From: a virus
Taxonomy: Duplodnaviria > Caudoviricetes
DNA: 61,729 nt
Strand: one strand, 5' to 3'
Virus record (IMG/VR): IMGVR_UViG_3300043395_000560
Location: 1-61,729 of that record
Part shown: positions 1-6,534 of the stretch, in pieces
How the letters are laid out: each line of letters begins with the position of its first letter
Numbering within the stretch: the stretch's first letter is position 1
The notes under the pieces: model-generated
Seen by the model: the letters and a program-made list of their open reading frames with translations, nothing else
What the model was told of the DNA's origin: nothing
The model's database searches: none
Made by a program: the position numbers and the translations under genes

Positions 1-127
1 GTGGATTCGTATCCACATCAGGTTTAGGAGGTGGATTCGTATCCACCTTGGGCTTGTCCTGCGTTAGCTCATTCTTAACAGCAGCGACAAACGTATGACT
101 GACGCTGCACAGCTTGGCTATCTCACG
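1..127. repeat. Terminal 127-bp direct repeat, left copy (assembly circularisation overlap)
   Basis: Identical to 61603-61729; an ORF reads through the junction in frame; 127 is a common assembler k-mer size. Confidence 0.95.
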
Positions 128-487
128 GTCAGACTTGCCGCGATGCGCGTCCGTTGCCAGCGCAGATACCACCGCCTTGCGCTTATCTTCTCTGGTGCGG
201 GGCAGACCGTGCTTGTCATTGACCGACCAGCTTTTCTCTATCGCTTCCTGCAACGTGCCAGGCACAGTCGTTACAAGAATGCTAGGTGTTTTGATCTTCT
301 TGGCTGCAAAGTAACGGTGGAATCCGTCAACCAGATAGTACTTGTCGCCGTCGTGATACAGCAGGCATGGCGGGAACTGCGCCCCGTCTTTCATAGCCTC
401 CGCATAATCTGCGATGGTGTCCTTCTTCAGTGTTGCTCTGGCTTGTGTACCGGCGTCAATTGTTATTTTGTCTAAACTTAGGTGCAT
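1..487 (-). CDS. ParB/Srx-like N-terminal domain plus HTH protein, 5' part (continues at 61602 down to 61307)
   Basis: Manual translation from ATG 487: MHLSLDKITIDAGTQAR...YYLVDGFHRYFAA...NDKHGLPRTREDKRKAV...KSDREIAKLCSVSHTFVAAVK. DGxHR ParB motif and an HTH. Absent from the ORF track because it spans the contig ends. Confidence 0.85.
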   Translation of the reverse strand, partial: MHLSLDKITIDAGTQARATLKKDTIADYAEAMKDGAQFPPCLLYHDGDKYYLVDGFHRYFAAKKIKTPSILVTTVPGTLQEAIEKSWSVNDKHGLPRTREDKRKAVVSALATDAHRGKSDREIAKLCSVSHTFVAAVKNELTQDKPKVDTNPPPKPDVDTNP

Positions 488-489
488 AT

Positions 490-594
490 TTACTCCCATG
501 TAAATGCAATAAATGCAGCGACCGCTAGGCCAAGGATGCAGCCCGCGCCGATGAGGATGCCGCCAAACAAAACGATGGTGGTGAATGTATCCAT
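490..594 (-). CDS. Small membrane peptide (34 aa)
   Basis: MDTFTTIVLFGGILIGAGCILGLAVAAFIAFTWE; TGATG-coupled to the upstream gene; one hydrophobic helix. Confidence 0.6.
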   Translation of the reverse strand: MDTFTTIVLFGGILIGAGCILGLAVAAFIAFTWE

Positions 595-800
595 CAGTCT
601 CCTTTCTTACCCTTGATAAGATCAATCATCTCGCAGTACGCACTTTTGCTAGCCATGTCATCTCTGGCCATGACCATATCGAAACAGGCGGCGTGAACGT
701 CTGCAAAGTACCGCAGCAAGCGCGCCGCTTCCATATCCATCCCGTTGCGGGAACTGCCTTCAAGATAATCAGCGATCGCATCTGCTTTGGTCTTGATCAC
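594..800 (-). CDS. Hypothetical protein
   Basis: 68-aa ORF coupled to both neighbours by start/stop overlaps. Confidence 0.7.
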   Translation of the reverse strand: MIKTKADAIADYLEGSSRNGMDMEAARLLRYFADVHAACFDMVMARDDMASKSAYCEMIDLIKGKKGD

Positions 801-994
801 AGCACCGACTCCTCTCGCGTAGTGATAGATGCCCTGGCTACGTCAAACAGGAAGCCGTTGTCGGCAGCCACCTGCTCTAGTTGCTTCTCCAGTGCGCGGA
901 ATACATGCCCCGTAAGCTCGTCAGAAAGCCCGTCAGAGGCGCGGAACGCCAGTCTAGCGGTAAACACCAAGTCTGCCTCAAAAAAACTGTCCAT
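797..994 (-). CDS. Hypothetical protein (65 aa, MDSFFEADL...)
   Basis: AGGAGAG RBS before ATG 994; the longer ORF-track start (1051) lies inside the pentamer tract. Confidence 0.7.
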   Translation of the reverse strand: MDSFFEADLVFTARLAFRASDGLSDELTGHVFRALEKQLEQVAADNGFLFDVARASITTREESVL

Positions 995-1017
995 ACACTC
1001 TCCTACTCGTTTTAAAC

Positions 1018-1087
1018 TACCCATGCCATACCTGACCGTAGCTGACCCCACAAAACCAAACCTTGCCTGAGCACGGCTCGCCTAGCC
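1018..1087 (-). ncRNA. GGY-NN pentamer tract E, downstream of the RAMP-like gene
   Basis: Minus strand: GGC-TA GGC-GA GCC-GT GCT-CA GGC-AA GGT-TT GGT-TT TGT-GG GGT-CA GCT-AC GGT-CA GGT-AT GGC-AT GGG-TA; unbroken 5-nt phase. Confidence 0.7.
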
Positions 1088-1091
1088 AGAA

Positions 1092-1706
1092 TTAGTTTTC
1101 AGAAACATTAAACGACACTACATTAAATCGTCCGTACGTTGGGCGGAAGTCGCCTATCCCGACCAACCGACCTGCCATGTGTAACGTATCTTGCAGCCAG
1201 AACTTGTCGATATATTCTGGCACTAGCACCATCAAATCAAAATCAAGCCTGTAGCCTGCGGAGATGGCTGGGCGGACGCGATTGACAGCCTGCCGCTGGA
1301 CTACAGCGCGGCGCTTGTCTTCGTAATCCCATTTGGTTTTGCCGAATGAGGCCAAGTTAGTGAGGCTGACTAACCCAGCTTTTGTCAGATCCATCGCGCT
1401 CTTACGGGGGGAACGGGGATCCTGCTTAAACTTCGAGGCCATGATGATTGATTGCCGCAAGTACTCGCCTGGACAGCACAGCTCACCAGCGTCATTACGC
1501 CAAACGTAAGACTCGATATCGTCAAACTTTTTTAATGCAGAGTTCTTAGGTGCTTTTGCTTTTGTTTCAACAGCTTCGCAATTCCAGCGATGGAAAAGGA
1601 AATCTGTGTTGCCTTCGATCGTGACATGCGCCACATACGGGAACCCAATTTCAATGGATTCCGCACCACCATTACTTACTTCAGCGACTTGTTTTGCTTT
1701 TGACAT
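1092..1706 (-). CDS. Solitary RAMP/Cas7-like RNA-binding protein (204 aa)
   Basis: AGGAGA RBS before ATG 1706 (MSKAKQ...). Motifs VTIEGNTDFLFH, LCCPGEYLRQSI and C-terminal G-rich loop AGRLVGIGDFRPTYGRFNV parallel RAMP beta1, IPGSSLKG and GxGxxRxxGYGR motifs. Confidence 0.7.
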   Translation of the reverse strand: MSKAKQVAEVSNGGAESIEIGFPYVAHVTIEGNTDFLFHRWNCEAVETKAKAPKNSALKKFDDIESYVWRNDAGELCCPGEYLRQSIIMASKFKQDPRSPRKSAMDLTKAGLVSLTNLASFGKTKWDYEDKRRAVVQRQAVNRVRPAISAGYRLDFDLMVLVPEYIDKFWLQDTLHMAGRLVGIGDFRPTYGRFNVVSFNVSEN

Positions 1707-1792
1707 TATCTTTCTCCTAGTTAAAAACCATACCTTGCCCAACCAAGCCGGGCCACGCCCCGACACAACTCGCCGGATCTAGCCACGCCCTG

Positions 1793-1848
1793 TAATGCTC
1801 ACGCATCGCACAGAAGCCTTTTACAAGCCCCTGTACGCTGCCTAGCAG
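1793..1848 (-). repeat. 56-nt hairpin repeat R1
   Basis: Minus RNA CUGCUAGGCAG-CGUACAGGGGCUU-GUAAA-AGGCUUCUGUGCG-AUGCGUGAGCAUUA; 13-bp inner stem with G-U pairs. Confidence 0.9.
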
Positions 1849-1895
1849 CTCCGTGCCACACCCCGCCTGGCCCTGCCAATCCTTGCCAGACCGAA

Positions 1896-1951
1896 TAATG
1901 CTTACGCATCGCTCAGCAGACTGAATCAACCTGCTGAACGCTGCATAGCAG
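1896..1951 (-). repeat. 56-nt hairpin repeat R2
   Basis: Minus RNA CUGCUAUGCAG-CGUUCAGCAGGUUG-AUU-CAGUCUGCUGAGCG-AUGCGUAAGCAUUA; 14-bp inner stem. Confidence 0.9.
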
Positions 1952-2007
1952 CCCTTGCCTAGCCGTGCCGGTGCTTGCCCCGCCGTAACTTGCCACGCCG
2001 TACCCGA

Positions 2008-2063
2008 TGACGCTTACGCATCGCACAGAAAGCTCAGAGAACTCTCTGTACGCTGCACAGCAG
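2008..2063 (-). repeat. 56-nt hairpin repeat R3
   Basis: Minus RNA CUGCUGUGCAG-CGUACAGAGAGUUC-UCU-GAGCUUUCUGUGCG-AUGCGUAAGCGUCA; 14-bp inner stem. Confidence 0.9.
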
Positions 2064-2170
2064 ACCTTGCCCAACCCCAACCAGCCGTATCCAACCGCAA
2101 CTCACCATGCCAGGCACTGCCCCGCCGGACCACGCCACGCCCGAACATGCCGTGCCGAACGACAGTTGAC

Positions 2171-2198
2171 ATCCTACCGGAACAACCTGTTGTGTCTA
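2171..2198 (-). promoter_or_regulatory. Putative sigma70 promoter for the array and RAMP-like gene
   Basis: Minus strand TAGACA-16 nt-TAGGAT; the -10 box ends 14 nt before the first pentamer. Confidence 0.45.
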
Positions 2199-2574
2199 AT
2201 CGTAAATATTAATCGCAGGAAAAAAGTTGATAGCCCTAGAAAAATGAGTAGGCATAGGTTCCCCAAGGGTGATAGCCCGAGCCAAGTGCGCAGCACACTT
2301 GTTGGAGTATCACGCCTGCCCAGAGTAGCCTGTGATGCCAGCTACTCCTAGCTGCTGGAACTTGTCTGATGTTGCCAGACTTGCTACAGCCCCCAGAAGG
2401 CAGCGATTATCTCGATCACAGGTCTTGTCTCACCACTTGGCCCTGTGTCTTGTGTAGTCCCTCGCTGACAGGCTACGTGGCTTGCTCCGGGGTGGACGGC
2501 AGCCAGTGTTTTCTCTCCGGCAGCCCATGCAGGCTCACTGCTATCGCGGGAGGTGCGGTCAGGAGAGCGCCCAT

Positions 2575-2673
2575 AAAAAAACCCTTAAGGTTTGGCTCTC
2601 CGTGTATGGGCACGTCCCCGGGGGGATGAGAACCAAAGCTCAAGGGCTTTAGTTGGTTGTCGCTGCCCATACA
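2575..2673 (-). promoter_or_regulatory. Attenuator-like long terminator hairpin with alternative pairing
   Basis: AAAGCCCTTGAGCTTTGGTTCTC...GAGAGCCAAACCTTAAGGGTTTTTTT; the loop contains TGCCCATACA, complementary to TGTATGGGCA just upstream. Confidence 0.55.
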
Positions 2674-2845
2674 GTGACGCGCACAGTGTAGGACAGATTC
2701 AGATGTGATGCAAGTGGCCAGTCTTTCCTGGCTGTCACTACTCGCTGCGCCTGCCGCTTCTCTCTTCCGGTGGTGTGTCCGGAACTCAGCAGTATCCGCT
2801 TTCGATATTGAGAGTGTACCGGAACAATGTATTGACATCAACGAC

Positions 2846-2878
2846 AAAAAAGAGGGCGCCGGAGATCGTCGCGCCCTC
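2846..2878 (-). terminator. Intrinsic terminator-like hairpin
   Basis: GAGGGCGC-11 nt-GCGCCCTC followed by TTTTTT on the minus strand. Confidence 0.55.
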
Positions 2879-3019
2879 AACTCCCACACGGGAGCATTGC
2901 CGCCGCGAAGAAACCTGATCAGAGGAGAAAGAGAGCAGATCAGGCAGCTTCAATATAACAATAGCACACAAACTCATGTATTGGCAGCTCTAGGAAACAT
3001 GCGGGTTTTCAGGGCAAAA

Positions 3020-3033
3020 TGGCAACGTTGCCA
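3020..3033. promoter_or_regulatory. Perfect 14-bp palindrome TGGCAACGTTGCCA (operator/parS-like)
   Basis: AATGGCAACGTTGCCACT occurs at 3018-3035 and again at 53578-53595; this copy lies 35 bp upstream of a consensus promoter. Confidence 0.5.
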
Positions 3034-3068
3034 CTTTTCAATACACTGTTCCTGTTACAAATAAACTG

Positions 3069-3097
3069 TTGACATACACTAGATGTCGAACTATATT
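3069..3097 (+). promoter_or_regulatory. Sigma70 promoter for the rightward operon
   Basis: TTGACA-17 nt-TATATT, followed by AGGAGG RBS and ATG 3116. Confidence 0.75.
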
Positions 3098-3115
3098 TAG
3101 ATGAAGGAGGGCGAC

Positions 3116-3343
3116 ATGTTGAGTGATGAGCATCGGCAAATCTTGGTGGAAGCGCATCGTCGGTTCAAGGAGACACGGGATCGGGATGAGTTTAACGACA
3201 CTATCCAGATGGTAAAAGCAATAGCGCCGGAGAAGTTTTTTCATGGCGAGAAAGATCCCAGATTGGGACTACGGGTGTTCGTGCATCAGCCGTTCAGTGG
3301 CCATTGGTCTGGCCGGGCAATAACCAACAAGCGGGCGTGGTGA
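3116..3343 (+). CDS. Hypothetical protein
   Basis: AGGAGG RBS; first gene after the promoter. Confidence 0.7.
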   Translation: MLSDEHRQILVEAHRRFKETRDRDEFNDTIQMVKAIAPEKFFHGEKDPRLGLRVFVHQPFSGHWSGRAITNKRAW

Positions 3344-3555
3344 TGAGTGACAAACTATTTGCACCATTCAACTGGCAGGCGGCGTGGGAATGGGTCAATC
3401 GGATCTGGGCGAAGAGCCTGGTAGCGGTCTTCCTATTCTTCCTTGGCCTATGGATAGGCATAGTCCAGACAGAAGGACGGGTGGCCAGTGACTGCAAGTT
3501 TGCACAGGCTTTCCGCGTGGACATCCAGGCGTTCACTTGTCAGAGGAAGCTATGA
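3343..3555 (+). CDS. Small membrane protein
   Basis: TGATG coupling; hydrophobic stretch LVAVFLFFLGLWIGIV. Confidence 0.65.
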   Translation: MSDKLFAPFNWQAAWEWVNRIWAKSLVAVFLFFLGLWIGIVQTEGRVASDCKFAQAFRVDIQAFTCQRKL

Positions 3556-3881
3556 ACAGAGATGACATTATCCGCATGGCTGAAGAAGCCTGTAATGGCA
3601 AGCAACTTGAGTATTTCAACGGTTGGGGCGTCGTGTTTGACCATGAACAACTTGAACGCTTTGCCAACCTAGTCGCAGCAGCGGAGCGTGAGAAGTGGAA
3701 GTGGGAAGATCTTCATACATGCCACCCACACTGTGATCGACCTGCTTGTGTTGCGGTGAGAAGGGCCAGGGAAGACGAGCGCGAAATGTGTGCAGCAGTC
3801 TGTGACACGTTAGGCGATGAGTACGCTGACGCGAATCCGGCAGACTGCGCGTTCGCTATCCGCGAGAGAGGTGCGCCATGA
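3552..3881 (+). CDS. Hypothetical phage protein (MNRDDIIRMA...LERFA...ERE.CA...AIR type)
   Basis: ATGA coupling; motif pattern familiar from small phage accessory proteins. Confidence 0.7.
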   Translation: MNRDDIIRMAEEACNGKQLEYFNGWGVVFDHEQLERFANLVAAAEREKWKWEDLHTCHPHCDRPACVAVRRAREDEREMCAAVCDTLGDEYADANPADCAFAIRERGAP

Positions 3882-3999
3882 GTGATAAGCAAATGTTTGT
3901 ATTGGCGGGGGTAGCGTTTCTTGCGCCGCACTTGCCTCGTCGCTTTGCCTACGTGCTGGCAGTTACCTATTTTGTTCTTGGTGTGTTTTGGGGGCAACA

Positions 4000-4302
4000 A
4001 TGACCACGGATAGAGAGCTAATGCAGCAAGCATTGAATGTGTTGAAGATTTTTGTTGATGGCGGCAACTCAGCTTGGGCTAGAAAAATAATTGAAATAAA
4101 AGAAGCTCTACGCGCTCGACTTGCGCAGCCAGAGCGCGAATGGCAAGGGCTGACGGATGAAGTGAATGCTGAGTTGGTGGAGGCGCTAAAAGAAGTTAGG
4201 AGCGACATTCGTCATATGCTCAAAGGCCATTTCGTGCATCTGAAAGATGTTGAGGAAGAATTAAGCGCCGCCATCGCCAAAGCTACAGGAGAACAACAAT
4301 GA
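4000..4302 (+). CDS. Modular accessory protein (LRARLAQPE and REWQGLT modules)
   Basis: Shares DNA/peptide modules with neighbouring genes. Confidence 0.7.
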   Translation: MTTDRELMQQALNVLKIFVDGGNSAWARKIIEIKEALRARLAQPEREWQGLTDEVNAELVEALKEVRSDIRHMLKGHFVHLKDVEEELSAAIAKATGEQQ

Positions 4303-4411
4303 TTGATGCTTTTATATTTTGGCTTATTAAACCACTCGCCGAATTTTTAGGCACGATAGTTTTAATATTAGTTTTGCTGGCGGTATTGCATTGGGTATAT
4401 GGAGGTAAAAA

Positions 4412-4627
4412 ATGACCATCACACTAACACGCGAGGAAGCGCAGCAGGTGCTGGATGCGTTGAATAAATATGTCGGCGTTGTCGTGTCTGTGAACGATCC
4501 TGATAGCTGGACTCCGAAAGTTGCAGATGGGGGTGACCCAGCAAGGAAAGCAATCGAAACCCTCCGCGCCCGACTCGCACTACACGACATGAACAAAGCA
4601 GCAGAACAGAACGGGGAGGAACTGTGA
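4412..4627 (+). CDS. Modular accessory protein (MTITLTREEAQQVLDAL module)
   Basis: GGAGG RBS; first 51 bp identical to 5594-5644. Confidence 0.75.
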   Translation: MTITLTREEAQQVLDALNKYVGVVVSVNDPDSWTPKVADGGDPARKAIETLRARLALHDMNKAAEQNGEEL

Positions 4628-5334
4628 TTACATTGACTAAAGAGGAAGCGCAGCAGGTGCTGGATGCTTTGGAATGGAACCTTCCAGTGATTGAAGATTT
4701 TGGCGATAAGGAACAATTACATGAACATCATAAAGCAATCGAAAGCCTCCGCGCTCGACTCGTGCAGCCTGAACCCTACAAACAACCTGAAGATAACCGG
4801 CTTCTGATGCAAGCGTATCGAGCAATACATGAAAAGCAGCCTGAACCGGAGCCGGTGGCGTGGGTAGAAAACCTGACTGATGCGCAGCCTCATGCCGTGA
4901 CTGACCTGAAGTATTGCAGCATGGCGCAGCATGAGCGTGGGGAGCATTTGAAGTACATCCCACTATATAAAGACCCAACACCTTGCCAAACCTGCGAAGC
5001 ATTAGCGCGAACAGTAATGATGGATCAGACCTATCACGACAACGTCACATCACAGCGTGAAATTACAGATGATGAGTTTGTGGCTGAAGCAAAAAAGAGG
5101 GGGTTTTTTGGATTTGTGCCGCCAAAGCTATGGCTGTGGAAAAACTTTGTTGATGGCAAGCCAGAGTATTGGGCGTTTGACAACCCATACCCAAGAAATC
5201 TTAACGATGGCGACCCGCAGACGATTGGTCAGCCTTGTGGCTATGCAATTTTTAAACCCTCGCGTGACGGAAGTAATGGACGAACTGAAGAACAAGTATT
5301 GCGCGAAATTAGTGAAGCACAAGAAAGGAGTTAA
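4624..5334 (+). CDS. Modular accessory protein
   Basis: EEAQQVLDAL, LRARL and QPEPEPVAW modules. Confidence 0.75.
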   Translation: MITLTKEEAQQVLDALEWNLPVIEDFGDKEQLHEHHKAIESLRARLVQPEPYKQPEDNRLLMQAYRAIHEKQPEPEPVAWVENLTDAQPHAVTDLKYCSMAQHERGEHLKYIPLYKDPTPCQTCEALARTVMMDQTYHDNVTSQREITDDEFVAEAKKRGFFGFVPPKLWLWKNFVDGKPEYWAFDNPYPRNLNDGDPQTIGQPCGYAIFKPSRDGSNGRTEEQVLREISEAQERS

Positions 5335-5336
5335 AT

Positions 5337-5597
5337 ATGCTTTATTTTCAAGAGCCAGACATTGAGCCTAATTACCGCATCAACGGTGTGGACTTATACA
5401 CGACCGACCAAACAATTCAACACGCGGTAAAGATGCAAGAGTTTCAACTCGAAATGCTGAGAAAGCAAAAAATAGTAACCGAAGCTTCTCAGAAAGAATG
5501 GCAGGGGTTTAGCGAACAGGAAATTGGCTTGTGGAGAGACTCGGCGCATGGAATATTGCGGTGGGCAGAAATGGTATTGCGGGAGAAAAATACATGA
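5337..5597 (+). CDS. Modular accessory protein
   Basis: KEWQGFS and LREKNT modules. Confidence 0.7.
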   Translation: MLYFQEPDIEPNYRINGVDLYTTDQTIQHAVKMQEFQLEMLRKQKIVTEASQKEWQGFSEQEIGLWRDSAHGILRWAEMVLREKNT

Positions 5598-5977
5598 CCA
5601 TCACACTAACACGCGAGGAAGCGCAGCAGGTGCTGGATGCGTTGGATTCTTGCGAATGGTATGACGATGGCGGGTTCGGTTGTCCGTCATATGACTACGA
5701 TAAAGTTTCCCCAGCACGAGAAACCCTCCGCGCCCGACTCGCGCAGCCTGAGCCGGAGCCGGTGGCAGACAAGTACCTGATGGAAGTTGAATGCACAAAG
5801 TGCGGAGCAAAGCAGGATGGCATCTTGACCGTCAACGCCCCACCACAGCGCGAATGGCAGGGGCTGACGGAAGATGAGATCAAGAAAGAGCAGCACCACA
5901 TTGATTGGACGAACGTGCATACCTACGCAAAATTTGCCCGCGCCATCGAAGCCAAGCTAAAGGAGAAGAACACATGA
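5594..5977 (+). CDS. Modular accessory protein with a CxxC insert
   Basis: Contains all five shared modules plus ECTKCG. Confidence 0.75.
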   Translation: MTITLTREEAQQVLDALDSCEWYDDGGFGCPSYDYDKVSPARETLRARLAQPEPEPVADKYLMEVECTKCGAKQDGILTVNAPPQREWQGLTEDEIKKEQHHIDWTNVHTYAKFARAIEAKLKEKNT

Positions 5978-6102
5978 GAAACGCGCTTGTTTTGTTTGTA
6001 GTGTTTATATCTGGGTGCGTTTCAACACATTATTTTTGGTTTACTGGACGGTTTACTTTTGCAGAAAAAGAAATTAAATGGGAGCGCAATCGTGGGCGAT
6101 AA
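5974..6102 (+). CDS. Putative small lipoprotein
   Basis: MRNALVLFVVFISGC; lipobox-like ISGC; AGGAGA RBS. Confidence 0.45.
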   Translation: MRNALVLFVVFISGCVSTHYFWFTGRFTFAEKEIKWERNRGR

Positions 6103-6361
6103 ACAACTGCTACAACGCGCATGGGATGTTTTGGCGATATGGAAAGAAACATATCCTGAAGGATGGGACGCTGATGATGAACAATTATTAGATGATCTTT
6201 TAACTCGAATAGCAGAGCAACGGCGCGAATGGCAAGGGCTGACGATGGAAGAATTAGACGAACTTGTTGAAGCCCACGGTAACAACGAATTTACTCTGGG
6301 CATGGTGGGTCATGTATTTGCAATAGATGTCGAAGCCAAGCTGAAGGAGAAGAACGCATGA
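6092..6361 (+). CDS. Modular accessory protein
   Basis: REWQGLT and EAKLKEKN modules; GTG start inferred. Confidence 0.65.
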   Translation: MGDKQLLQRAWDVLAIWKETYPEGWDADDEQLLDDLLTRIAEQRREWQGLTMEELDELVEAHGNNEFTLGMVGHVFAIDVEAKLKEKNA

Positions 6362-6534
6362 GATGGCTTGCGCTTTGTTTGTTCATTACAGGATGCGGGC
6401 AGAGCTGTGAAGAACGAGGCGGCGTTCAAATTCAAACTGGAGTTACTACCATTATTCAAAGCAATGGAAAGTTTTTTTACCCAATGCAGTACCCAGTTTA
6501 TGAGTGCGTAATAAAGGAGAAGAATAATGGTTGA
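6358..6534 (+). CDS. Putative small lipoprotein (58 aa)
   Basis: MRWLALCLFITGC-GQSCEERGG...; lipobox-like ITGC; AGGAGA RBS; below the ORF-track cutoff. Confidence 0.6.
   Translation: MRWLALCLFITGCGQSCEERGGVQIQTGVTTIIQSNGKFFYPMQYPVYECVIKEKNNG

Larger units (their letters stand above)
1725..2156 (-). ncRNA. Array of four GGY-NN pentamer tracts separated by three 56-nt hairpin repeats (candidate guide-RNA array, not canonical CRISPR)
   Basis: Tracts 2156-2064, 2004-1955, 1892-1853, 1789-1725; repeats 2008-2063, 1896-1951, 1793-1848. Confidence 0.8.

Noticed and set aside
1725-2156. Canonical CRISPR array
   Set aside because: Repeats are 56 nt with divergent cores, the spacers are periodic GGY-NN tracts of unequal length, and no cas1/cas2 is present.
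1018-2156. Self-targets of the decoded NN strings within this genome
   Set aside because: None found in a limited by-eye check of promoter regions and protein sequences. This was not exhaustive and needs a computational gapped search.
1717-2351. ORF-track ORFs over the array (1717-1929, 1955-2212, 2007-2351) and the 5' extensions of 1092-1766 and 797-1051
   Set aside because: Low-complexity products of a 5-nt periodic sequence with no RBS; good RBS-ATG pairs lie at 1706 and 994.
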